A DNA stretch of 64,000 nt from the human T2T-CHM13v2.0 reference genome, Homo sapiens, in assembly GCF_009914755.1 (NCBI RefSeq), contig NC_060942.1; one strand, written 5' to 3'. Shown in pieces: positions 13,481 to 26,884 of this stretch; position 1 is the first letter of the stretch, and every line of letters begins with the position of its first letter. The translations under genes and the position numbers were made by a program. A model generated the notes under the pieces. It saw only the letters and a list, made by a program, of their open reading frames with translations, did no database searches and was not told where the DNA came from.

Positions 13481-13965
13481 TATTTTGAGAAATATATATG
13501 AGAGACCAAGAGTTCATTTCTCTCTGACTTTACAGTGAACATTCTCAGATTGTAACATGAAAAAGAATATTTTGCAGAGCTTTTTAAGTACATATTCCAA
13601 ATTCCATGCTAATTTCATTATCAAACTCCCTTGTCAGGTTACTGTGTTTCAGATGAACTTGAGACCATAGCATGGGATGAGGGTTTACAGATTTTTGTTT
13701 TGTAAATGGTATTGAAAAATAGACAGTTCCTTATCTTTGTTGTATACAGTGGCTTATTTAGTGGGGAAATTACATGGATTATTCTCTAGACTCAGGGACA
13801 TAAGTGTATGATTTTTAAATGTCTTGTGTTTGGTGATAAATGCTAGATTTCTGTCCCTTGATTAGACAGAACATGTACAAATTGCTTATTATTTATAACA
13901 CTATGTGTTTGATATGATTACTGGAGTAGTCATTGAGGATGGTAAATTTATTCGCTTATTTTTCT

Positions 13966-14150
13966 AGAAAAGTGCTGTCCAGCACAACTTTGGAAAATGG
14001 TGAAAATGTTCTGTATCTGTGAGTGGCCTTTCCTCATACATGGCCATCACAAACTTAAAATGACTGGTGCAACTGAGGAAATAAATCAACAATTTAATTT
14101 AATTTAATTTTTATTTATTTATATTTTAATAGCCACTGTGATTAGTGTCT
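13966..14150. mobile_element. MER3-like hAT MITE
   Basis: agtgctgtcc...gaaaatgttctgtatctg...gcaactgaggaa...ttaatttaattt...aatagccac. Confidence 0.7.
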
Positions 14151-15009
14151 AAACTATGTGGCTTTGAAATAATAGGTACCTGTGCATACACAGGCATTTA
14201 AACAAGCTGAACAGTTATTTTCTTATTGATAAGTCTGATTTGTAGAATGGTCTATGCCAAGAAGTTCACTTCTCTTGAGAGATTAACATGTGGCTTTAAT
14301 TCTTTATATTTGTTGGGGCAAAGTGTGTGTCTTCACAGCCTTGCCATTCCCAGGGCCGCCCCCCTACCTTTGTTGGGCAATGTAATCTCAATGTCAGACA
14401 CATTCATGGGGGCTGCCCTTATAGAAACCTAACAAACAATAGGCTGGCATCCTGACGAGCTGCCACAGTGCTCCCAGGACAGGAACCACCTTTGCAGAGA
14501 GACTGACTCATTCATTATTCTGAAAGATTAAGTACCAAATACCTCATTAGAGAAACTGTAAGCTGAAAAACAGATAACAGCTGGAGAAAGGGAAAAAAGC
14601 CATTTGCAGATGAGAAAGTGGTGAGGGTAGAACTAATTGGTTCTTCACTGAATAGGTCTGGCTTTCTTTCCCAATCACCCAGGGCCACATTTTGCCCAGA
14701 ACCGATGCCCATGAGCTTCTGGATTCTTGCTGCAGTTGCCAGGTAATACTTACCATTAGAGTCCTAATGGAATTAGTAGAAATGACAGACTGTTCAATAA
14801 ATCACACACTAGTCTCTTCCATTTGAATGAGAATTGACTGGCACAAATGACTGATTAACGTTGACAAAGCCATATGGGTTCAAATCATATTCCTTTTGTT
14901 CATATTTTCAAACAATTTAAATTGTATTTTTCTTGAAGTTCCATCATTAAGATTTTGTTTGCTTGTTTTGTTTTTTTCCAGACAGCATAGGAGAAAGGAA
15001 AGTAGGATT

Positions 15010-15092
15010 AATTCTCAGGCCTAACTTGCACTGGCTGTATGATCTGGGGAAAAACAGTTAACCTTTAAGCCTGTGGTTCCTCATCTGTAAAA
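15010..15092 (+). mobile_element. MIR core fragment
   Basis: ggctgtatgatctggg...ttaacct...ttcctcatctgtaaaat. Confidence 0.65.
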
Positions 15093-15220
15093 TAGTTTAT
15101 TCCTTAAAGGTGTAACACTCAGCAGAGTCTAGCTTTCAAGAATGGAGTCGTCATCAAGACAGTTTCTTCAAATCCTTCAAATATTTCCAGCCTCACACAG
15201 ATACAATATATTTTGGCCTT

Positions 15221-15766
15221 CATGATGGTTAATTTTACCTACGAAATTGACTGAATTAAGGAATGCCCAGACAGCTGGTAAAATATTATTTCTGGGTGTG
15301 TCTGCCAGAGAGTTCAGAAGAGATTGGCTCTTGAATAGGTAGATTAAATAAACAAGTCTTCCCTTACCGAAGTGGGTGGACATCATCCAATTAGTTGAGG
15401 GACCAGATTTTGGGGGTGGGGGGGAAGCAAAGAAATGGAAGAGCAAATTGCTTTATCTTTGTTTGAGCTGGGACATCCATCTTCTCCCATTCTGGGATAT
15501 AGGTGTTCCTGATTCTCGGGATTGGACTCAAACCAGGACTTACTCCATGACTTCCTCCCAACTCATCCACCCTCATCCCCAGTTCTCAGGCCTTCAGCCT
15601 TAGATTGAATTACACCACCAGCTTTCCTGTTTCTTCTAGCATGCCAATAGCAGATTGTGGACTTCTTAGCATCCGTTTTCAGATAAACCAATTTGTATAA
15701 TAAATCTCTTACATTTCTCTCTCTCTGCAACCTATTGATTCTGTTTCTCTAGAAAATCCCAATACA
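15221..15766 (+). mobile_element. MLT2 (ERVL) solo LTR, MLT2B/D-like
   Basis: Starts gatggttaatttt, contains gcccagacagctggtaaaatattatttctgggtgtgtctg and gaattacaccaccagctttcctg, has AATAAA, and ends ttctgtttctctagaaaatcccaataca. Confidence 0.9.
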
Positions 15767-16392
15767 GGCTTTTTGACACATAATTATAAGGTGTCCTATC
15801 AATTCAATTTTACTTTTACCTTTTAAGTAGACTGCAAGCTCCTAAAAGTCAGGTACAAACTGACAGCCTCACCAGCTTTCAGTCCAACAGAACACAGCCC
15901 ACTGTTTGTCTAAACACAATCTTTTCACCTCAGTCACAGTTAACTGATTGAAAGCATGCAGGGTGTTGGGACTTTTAAGGGAATTGGCTTACTAAGAGTG
16001 CTTGTCCAGATTCAGGTAAGAGTCAGTGAAGGAACTTGAGGTGGAGTGTGGAGTTCAAATAAGGTAAGTGCTATTCGGTACTGGGAGTCTGTGAAAACAG
16101 CAGTAATCAGTAGATCTTTTCTACTTGGCAGCAGACTCTATACCCTGGGCTCTGGGTCAGGACCTCTTCTCTATTCACAGGAGGAAAAAGGCTTAAGAAG
16201 AGCAGAGTTGGTTCCCTAAATCAAAGTTTGATTTTGGTGCATAATTCTTATGCTAACACAGCAATAAGAAATCAGTCAAAGTAACTGTTTGGAACTCCAA
16301 GGTAACAGAAGTCCAATTTTAGGCAAATGAGGCAAGAGGGAGTGTACAGTCTGATGACAAGGAAGCACAGGTGGATTTGCAGCCAATGTTAG

Positions 16393-16784
<392 letters not shown>

Positions 16785-17530
16785 AATGGATAACTTTTTA
16801 CAATGTTCCACTAAGTTAGAGGTTGGCAAAGAAAGCACAGATCTGATGTTGGATGAATGTTATGTTTCATCAGGATACAGACCTGATGCAGAATAGAGCC
16901 TAGAGGTAGAAAACTTCCTTGGTCTTTCTTGATCTCAGCTGTGAATTGCAGGCAAAGCAGATTCAGAAGAATTCAGTTTGTGAAAAGTGCCTGATATTCT
17001 TAAGAAATGAAAATGCATCTCCTGGGCACCACTCACTTGTCCTTTTGCTGACTTTTTCCTGTTATAAAGATTAGCTAAGGTCTAGTTGGCTGTCCATATC
17101 TGGAACACTGATAAATGACCACTGGGTGGAATTGGATTGTAACACAGCTACTCAAGTAGTAACCATAGGAATAAAAGAAAAAAATTGGGACCAGGAAACC
17201 AGTCATCATTAGAACGCTGGTGAGGCTGATAGATCGATAGCAGTCACTAAAGCCTTCGTGCCAGAAGGCCTGGTGTCCCATGCACCACGGGCATCCTTAA
17301 GGCTGATTCACAGCACTTTAGTCTGACCTCAGTCCTACCTCCAAACAGCCTGGTCTTCATTTTAGTTTCTATCTTGGGTAAACCCTCATCCTCAGATGTG
17401 TTTGGATTCTGTTTGCTTTCCTCCTCTGCCCCTACATTTACCTCTAGGACAAGAGGAGTTTTGAAAAGAAGCCTGCTTTTTTTTTTTTTTTTTAAATCAA
17501 CTTCTGTTCCCAAGTGTTGAAATTTGCTAA

Positions 17531-17951
<421 letters not shown>

Positions 17952-18370
17952 ACATCCCTTTTTAATATTGCATTTTAGGTAGCACTTTGTATGTTTTGAA
18001 GTGATTAGGAACACAGATTCTGGAGTTTGACACCCCTTGAACAAAAAGATGGCTCCACCTCTTATGATTTGGGGCTTAAATTAAGCAAATTATTAAATCT
18101 ATTTAAGCATTTGATTCTTTCAATCTATAATGAAGAAAAAAGCAACCTATGTCATTATGAAGCTTAGCTTTCCCTAATACTTAATAGCCACTCAGTTAAT
18201 GTTGTCTCTGTTGTTAGTTAGTATTAATAGCATTATAAAATTTCCCTTGTTATATCCATTTTCAGATGCCAGATATAATCCCTAGTTCAAACTTGTCCTC
18301 GGTGCTAATTAATTTTCATCCTTAACAAATTGCTTCACCTTAAAAAGCTAAGGTTAAAAAAAAAATAAAT

Positions 18371-18402
18371 CAACCAACCAACCAACCAACCAACCAACCA
18401 AC
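18371..18402. repeat. (CAAC)8 tetranucleotide microsatellite
   Basis: Read directly from the sequence. Confidence 0.95.
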
Positions 18403-19324
18403 CACAACAAAACAAGCTCAGTCTATCTTTCCCCCAGTGATTCTTGGAAATTATCACTATCTAATGAAATAATGCTTATCATTTAGGGTAAGCAGTGTAT
18501 TAGCCACACATTTTATAAACATGTTTTCCTAGATTGCTCATCTCATTCACTCATGTAGTCAGAATGTATAAATTAGTCATTTACATATCAGGAAATGGAA
18601 ACGTGACAATACATTCTTTGCCTATGAGAAAACCATATGAGAATGTGGGCATGATGAAAAGGTCAAGTCTTAACCAGGCTTGTTACCCACTAATCACTAG
18701 ATTTCAAGAGCTTGTGTACTATTGTTATGGTCCATGATACATAACCTGTATAAACCATTTCTTTGAGTAGGGGGATAGAAAAAAACATTTGCTCAATAGT
18801 GAATAAGAAACCGAAGAGGCTTAGATAATACAGTGGGTTTCAGTTAAAAATGATGCCATCCCAATGAAGCAGTGGTTCATTCTTTCCTGTACATTTCATG
18901 CACAAGCCTCGAGCCAGGTTGCCACACATTCTCTTAGCTATATCCCCTCCCCTCTTTGCCCTGTCTAATAACCTCAGCCAGACTAATTTCCTCAAGCGTT
19001 TCTTCAAGACCCTGGAGTCTTCCTTATTTTTATTGCAATGCTCACTAGTGTTTGACTGGGGAGCTTCTGGGCAACATATCTTCCCACTGATATGTTTGGG
19101 TAGGCTGTACAGTTTCCATACCAGTCATTTCCATTTCTCTCTAACATTCTACATTCTCTTTTGTGTTTTCTACTGCAGCTCCTCACACAATCCATCCTCC
19201 CATTCTCCCTTTCCTGGGCCAGCTCTCCCTATCTATTCTTGCTGAAGTCTTCTTTCCTTACTATTATACATCTCTTATGTATTATACATAAAGTCTTTGT
19301 CATCTGACCTAAAAGACTGAGCTC

Positions 19325-19626
19325 CTTTATTTATTTATTTATTTTTGAGACAGAGTTTTGCGTTGTTGCCCAGGCTAGAGTGCAGTGGTGTAATCATGGC
19401 TCAAGACTCACTGCAGCCTTGAATTCCTGGGCTCAAGCAATCCCCCTGCCTCAACCTCCCAAGCAGCTAGGACTGTATCAGCACACCCGGCCAATTTTTC
19501 TATTTGCTCTAGAGATGGCGTATCACTATATTGCCCAGATGGTCTTGAACTCCTGACTTGAAGCAGTCCTCCTGCCTCAGCTTGCGAAAATGTTGAGATT
19601 GCAGACATTGGCCACCACACCTGGCC
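19325..19626 (-). mobile_element. AluJ
   Basis: J-type cactgcagccttgaattcctgggctcaagcaatcc and a (TTTA)n tail. TSD core tgagctc at 19318-19324 and 19628-19634. Confidence 0.92.
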
Positions 19627-22600
19627 ATGAGCTCTTTTTATTAGAAGGTCTGGAATATTCTACTATTTCCTTTGGGTTTATTTTCATTGTAATGGTTATT
19701 TGAATCAATTGCATCTGAGAACCACCTGAGAGCATAGATCATGTTGCACAAATCTTCTATTTGTATTACTCATTTATGCTAATTGAGAGAAACTTGAAAG
19801 ATAATTTGAGTAGCTTTTCAATATTTTAAAATGGCAGCCCTTTGGTTCAAACATAGAAGCCTAGAGTTAGAACAGACTAGAGCTCTGTAAACTACTTATC
19901 CCAATCTATTCACTTTATCTAGATTGACATTTGTGTAGAGAATCCCCAGAACTCTGAGGAACAGAGATAGGAAGTCACTGAAGTACAGTTTCACTTCATT
20001 AATGAGGAGGCAGGGGTTGCGGGTGAATTCAGATTACCAGCCTAAAGTCACAGAGCTGACATCTTGCACAGGGCTGGGAAATCAGTCAACTCAGGGTAAG
20101 TACTAGTTGAATTGAATGTGATAGTTTGTTGCCAGTTGTTGAGTAGCAGATTACCTAAGCTTCACTTAATGATCATTTCTATGAGGAGAAAATATGTAAC
20201 ATAATAGTTAGGAGACATTGTGTGATACATGCTTGCTTCTGCTAAGATTTTAAGATGCCTGGAATGTAAGGCAATTCATGACTAGTTATTGCCCGCAAAG
20301 CAACTGGGGAAAGTTAAGAAGCTTGATGAACTGAGGTTATCTTAGAGTCTTCCTTGTTTGTTGCTGACTTAAATATTCTCCATTTGTATCACTCTTTCAA
20401 TGAGTCAGTTAACAAAATAAGATGAACACTGGCCTTGCAAATGGAGATCACATAATTCCTCTGAGGTCAACAGCATTTTGAAGGGGTCTTTTTACTCTCA
20501 ATCAAGCAGAACTCTTGTGGAAATATTCTGTCCTTGTGCAATGCCTCTGAAGGGATTGAAGATACATAGCTGCACAGTGTTCATTATTATTAACTCAGTC
20601 CTTAGGTAAACTAAGTAATTTGCAACAAGAGCCTTAATATTTCATAAAATAGGACACTAGTTTTTTCTTCTCTCATTTATTCATTTAACAAAGTTCTTTT
20701 GATTGAGAGGATTGTTTGCCCTATTTAGGTACCTCCTTTGCAAACTGCAAGCCTGGTGGGTTTAAGAGGCTTCAAATGTGGATCTTAGCCATGTAGATTT
20801 TCACCCTCTGTGAAGTAGTAATTAATACATGAAATTTAGAAATCTCTTAATTAATACCATGAAACAATTTCTCAGGTGGGTGTAGAACTAAGGAAATTAT
20901 ATTTTCAAGGTGACTCAGGACTCCACACTGCAAGCCATAATCTGGAGTTTACTACCTATTTAATAGCCTATCACCTCCCTTTTCCTGACTTGAAAAGGAA
21001 AGAAGCCAGTATGTGTGAAGCAATGTACCTGATGGCAAACCTGTATCTTTTGAAAGATGATCCACATTCATGCAGTACAATAGTCTATATGTACTCTGCA
21101 ATATTGACTACTCTAATGTGGAATGAAGTTCTGCTTTCATATGCCATTTGTGTCTCTCTAATAATATTCTCTCTGATTTTCTTGTCTGTTATTTTCTCTT
21201 GTGTTCATCTAGTTCTTCTGTGACCTTTAGTGTTTCCTCAATATAAACACATCCCTCACTAACCTCTATTCGTTGACTTAATCTCCTTGAAAAACTGTAA
21301 AAATACATACAATTTACCCCTTTGAGTATGTGTGCCAACCACCATTCAGTTGTTAAATTGACAAAGAAGTAAAACTTTAGGTTTACTTGAAAGGCAAATT
21401 TAATCTGATAGTTATACTTTTTCATAGTTAATATAGAATAACAGTGCTGGACTATCTCAAATTTTAGAGTGGTACATGTGAACCTGAGACCTTGCTAGAA
21501 CTAAGTACCTTTCTATCCAGCAAAGCATCCATCCCTGATGATTCGTGTGTCCCTGATCATCCAGCTGTTTATCCTCTGAGGAAGATTTCAGTAGGTGTTT
21601 ACACTCTCAGTCAGTCAGGGTTCAACCCAAGCTTATTTCTCAAGGTCCACTGATTTGGGACATGATACTTTCCATCCTTTAGTTTTTCCAACATATGTGG
21701 ATACTCCTTAAATGCACACTTGAGATATTTATTTCCCTAGTACCCCATGATGATCTTCTAGTCCTGGTGGCTCCAACAAACTTCATAACACCTAAGACAA
21801 AATTGAGAATTACCTTTAAGTGTTTGGAGAGAAAAATAATTTTTGAAACTATCAAATGCTTAAACACTGAGTGAGGTAATTTAATGTAAGCTTGTTATTT
21901 TAATCTTAGAATTTCAATCTTATTTTTCTAGTTAACTGTTGGCTTACTTTGGTGTTTATTCAATGTTGTATTTGATGCATCACTACAATGCATTTCAAAG
22001 TTTTTGTATGCTAAACCTTTCTATGAATAACTTATAATTCTATCTCATTTACTCAGGCTGAAGTTAAGGAAAAGAAAAAAAATGAAGCACACTTCAAACA
22101 AATGCAGTCAAATTATAATAGCAAAATAGCAATAGTCCTGACCACCCATATAATGAGACTTCAGCTCCCCGAGAACATGGCACAACACATGTGTCAGTGT
22201 CAACCCAAGGCTGAGATCTAATTAGGGCACATTCAGCCGGTCTGATTATGTGTTTCTTGTTTGGTGACAAATCCGTTCATTTTGCAACAACATTTCCGCA
22301 AACGTCCAACAATTTGTTTCAGAGCCTGAAGCAGATTTTTAAAATATATAATTTTATGAAGTGGTGAATAAGAGTGTTTCTCAGCAAATAACCGTTCACA
22401 TATAATCTGTTTATCTGACCCTTTAGATGAAATTGCCAAGCCTGATGAATGGTCCAATTCTATCAATTAATATTTTTGAATACTAATTTTTTTTAACTGA
22501 AGACAATTGACTGATGAAAGATTTAGCTGATTTAATTTGGCTGAGTACTTCAGTTGTGTATGTAGATTGTTGTGGTTTTCAAAGACCAAATATGTCAGGG

Positions 22601-23227
22601 AAACATCTTTAAATAGTAGAAATACACTGGATGCTTGATCTGGGTTTTGTTGCAAATTTGTGGTGTGATTCTGGCAGAGTCGACTTTCATAAGGTTTGTA
22701 AATCAGACTCTTGTAAAGGAAGCTAGACAGGAAGTCAAGAGTTCTAGAATTCTAGTCTTTGCCCTATCTACTCAGGGCCTACTTCTCTTCACATAAAATA
22801 TGACAAATTTATATCAGTGTCTTCTGAAGTTAGCAAACCCAAATTTTAGGCTTCTGTCCCATAAGCCATCAATTATTCAGGCTGTGGTTCTTGGGCAGTG
22901 ACATCACAGGCTCTCTTGACCTTCAGAAGAATGTTTTACATTTTGGTGATTGTAAATAAAGGCATCTCTGTGTGTGAGCATACTATTTTCCATATGGAGT
23001 AAGAGTGGTGCTGATCTATATTAGGGAGAAAAAGTACTCCTCAGTAAACACAACATGCTGATATAGAATAGTTCAGGGTTTTTTGTTTTGTTTTCTTTTG
23101 CTTTGTTCCTTGGATTGGTGTGTAGATGTGTGCTGGAGAGGAGGGAAGCATCACATACAACATTAAGCATACCTTGGCGGGAATTGCTTTGTAAATGAAC
23201 CCTAAAGTAAATGTCTTTATATATACA

Positions 23228-23228
<1 letters not shown>

Positions 23229-23274
<46 letters not shown>
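23229..23274. repeat. (CA)23 microsatellite
   Basis: Read directly from the sequence. Confidence 0.98.
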
Positions 23275-23276
<2 letters not shown>

Positions 23277-23437
23277 GAAACACACACATTATGAACAAAA
23301 GAAAATTTAAAATAAAACTTGTTCCTTGTAATGTGAACCTATGTGAATGCAAGCATTCAGTTTGTACATAGGTATTTTTATTTTGGGTTTTCTGAAACTG
23401 TATGTATATTCTGAGTGATTCTTATACTCTCTTTCTT

Positions 23438-23502
23438 TATATATATATAATATATATATTATGTATATATATATTCTATATATATATACATAATATGTAT
23501 AT
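23438..23502. repeat. Imperfect (TA)n low-complexity tract
   Basis: Read directly from the sequence. Confidence 0.9.
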
Positions 23503-26500
23503 AATTTGCCCAAGTATGAAGGCTTCTTTTTCTTTGTAATATTTATAGAGCCTTGACATTGAGACTTAACCATTAGAATAATATTTGACAGTAATGATGC
23601 TAGACAAAAGAAATTACTATTGTAGAGGTAACAAAAATCACTGATTACTAAAAAATGGAATAACAGTCACTTGGTTTATAATATTAAGATACTCAGAGGA
23701 AACAAAACAGTCAGGAAAACTGGATGTTTGGTGCCACTTGTGAAATTCAACATGAGAAAATCCAAATTTGCAACCTTTTCGAGTAGTTTTTTTTTTCTTT
23801 GTCATAGGCAGTGGTTTACAAGTTATTTTTCCCCAATGAATGTATCTATACATTTCCAAGCTAAATTTAAGTTACTTATTTTTTGCTGACAGCTCTAACT
23901 TCTTTTATTGGATTTTTATTTTTTTCCTCTTCTCACTAGTACTTGCAACAACTTCCAATTCAGTGTTGCTTAATGTTTTCATTAGTGTGTGGTTCCCTCC
24001 CTCTTTCAGCTCATTAATAAAGGTATTAAATAAAGCTGGCTTCTCTACTGATGCTCTCTCCACAGTGCCTCCCTCAAACTGGATATATTTCCATTCATTA
24101 CTGCTCTCGGCTTACCATGATCCAGGCAGGCAATGTAAGTATACTCTTCTCCAGGTATATTTGGACTATATTCTATAAATGCATTTTTATTACTTGTGGG
24201 ACCTGATGTTTTTCTCCACTCTATATGGATCATTACTAAAATCAAACCTAGGCAAAACCAGGAGAATGTCAGGGAAATAAATCCACCAGTTTAAAAGGTG
24301 TTGGTATAATGGTTTGTTTTTTTGTGATGGTTGAGGAAGTCTGAAACCAACAAGATTGATGCAGTTTGCATGTCAGACACAGTAGATAATCTGTAGGGCT
24401 GGAACAATCACTTCCTATTCCTATAGGCCAGAAAAATGCATCAATGAATAGACAGACATGTTTATTATTCCCAATAAATGCTCTGGGCCTGACAATTTTT
24501 CTCAGTTTAATGTATGAATTTCATTTCATATCAGCAATAAGATACTCCAGGCTGTGCATTTGTTAGGGATTATTGCACTTCTTGGGTGGTTTAAGTCATA
24601 CTGCCTTTAGTCTTATGCCATATAACGTGACCCAAGGCGCCTGATAAATAGCAGAGCAATGCACTGCCTGTCATGTATTATAGCTTGAATAGCCTTGTAA
24701 AGGGACATGGATTATAGAGGTATGATAATAACTATAAAACGGGAGTGGTAATTTAAGTGCCTGCATAGGATAATCTGTATGATTAGTATTTTTTAACATT
24801 TTGGTCTTTTATGTTTCATTGTGCTTAGATTTTCATTTACTGAAATCAGTGTTCAACAATACAATGTGCTAATGGCACTGAAGGTAATTCAATACCTAAT
24901 TTAATATTTCAAACCTTCTCAATGTTTTGTTTACCAATTAGCTGTCAGAGGTTAGGTTGTAATTAGCTGACTTACACAGCAGCCTCATTGGGTCAGAAAT
25001 CACAGGTAATCACCATAAGTTACAGCAAATACTCTAAGGATTGAATTCTTAAACTCCAAGCAAAAGTAATATCACAGAGAGAATGCCTTGCAACTTCAAT
25101 ATCACAACTGAAAGGGCAACTGAGCACTACTTATGTTTTAAAACTAAAGTTGGAAATTTATGACATATAACATTTGGCCAAATGGGGATTTGACATTTTG
25201 TGAGCCAGCATCTTATGATATCAAATGAATTTTTTTAGTTTTGTTATTTTTATTTTTATTTTTTGGTGTTGTTACATCCAGATGTATGACATAATGGTGA
25301 CCAAATGTATCTACATTTTGTTTCCAAGTCATTTATTATAAAAGAAATAATAAGGACAATTTTAATTATCAAGAGGCTGGCCATTGTTAATGAGGAAAAA
25401 GGATGAACAAATATGTAGTTTCAAGTCTACAAGTTTCTAATTCTTCTGCATTAGCTGACTTGCACAAAACAATAACCTGCAAGTCAGCATGTAACATTTT
25501 CCCCATCACTTGAGTGGGAAAACTATCATGTTAGTGTGTACTTAGAAGGTGGACAATAGATGTATATTTATGATGCCTATAATTTTCTTGTTGTGCTATA
25601 ATCATGATACACAAAGTGTTGTGGAAATGACCCATCACCACACACCTCTCATACTGACTGCACCCTATGCCACTCAATTGTCATTCCATTTCAGGCCAAA
25701 TATTCATTTTAACATCTTCTCATCTTGCATAAAATTACATGGCTGTATCATAGAATTACTCAATCATAGAATCGATTAAGAGCTTTCAAAAACAAGCTTT
25801 TACCCATAAAGAAATTCTTAGGACAGCATCCTAAGTGAGTGGTCATTCTCTCCTGTAATGGATTTACACTGATGGAAGCTACTATTAGAATTTTTTCAAG
25901 TTATATCAAAATAGACCTGTTCGTAATCTCTAAACCTTGGTCAAGGTCTGGCTTTTTATGTCAACATAAAAATAAATACCATTTAGCTTCTGATTGTAAA
26001 TTTCTATGAACAGCAAACACTCACTTTCAATCCTAGATAGGAAGTTCTAGAAGGCACATCGCTAATTGTAGCCTGTATGCTTAATGATGAAATTCTCTCG
26101 TGACTGTAGAATGTTCGGCAAAGAAGTTTATAGATTAAATTTTGCCATGCTTCATTCAGTGAAAGGAGAAGAAAGACAGATAACGTTGACAATAGCCTCC
26201 ATTTAAATTCATGTAATAGATCTAATATGGTACTTTGTAGCATTTTGCAGAGCTGTTCTTTTTATTTTATCAGGATAGGAACAGTTACTTTTTAACAAAA
26301 GAATAGGGTTGAAAGAATGTAATAAAAAAGAAAAAGTACCTCAACATTGTTATATTTCACTGTAATAATGTACAGATTATCATGCATATTATTGGTTCAA
26401 AATTTTATTCTCCCTTTATTACTCTTTGGAATTGTAAGCTTGCTGAGGGCCGAAATCAAGCCTGACCACTTATCTTTGCAACTACATTAAGTCTGCCAAG

Positions 26501-26553
26501 AGAAAAGATATTCTATCAAGGATAGATAAAATTAGTTATTGAAAAAGAAAGTT

Positions 26554-26884
26554 GACAGGGCACAATGACTCATGGTTGTAATCCCAGCATTTTAGGAGGC
26601 TAAGACAGGAGAATCATTTAAGCCCAGGAGTCAGGACTAACCTGGGCAAGATAGTGAGACCCTATCGCTACAATTTTTTTTTTCAAAAATTAGCCAGGCA
26701 TGATGGCGGGCACCTGCAGTCCCAGTTGCTAGGGAGCCTGACTCAGGAGGATTGCTTGAGCCTAGGAACTCGAGGCAATAATGGGCTATGATCAAGCCAC
26801 TGCACTCCAGTCTGGGCAACAAAGTGAGACCCCATCCTTAGAAAAAAAATAAAATAAAATAAAAAATTAAAAACTAAAAATTAA
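26554..26884 (+). mobile_element. AluJ inserted into an L2 relic
   Basis: Diverged dimeric Alu with aggattgcttgagcctagg. TSD aaaaagaaagtt at 26542-26553 and 26885-26896. Flanks are L2-like (gtaagcttgctgagggc; gagctaggcacatag). Confidence 0.92.
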
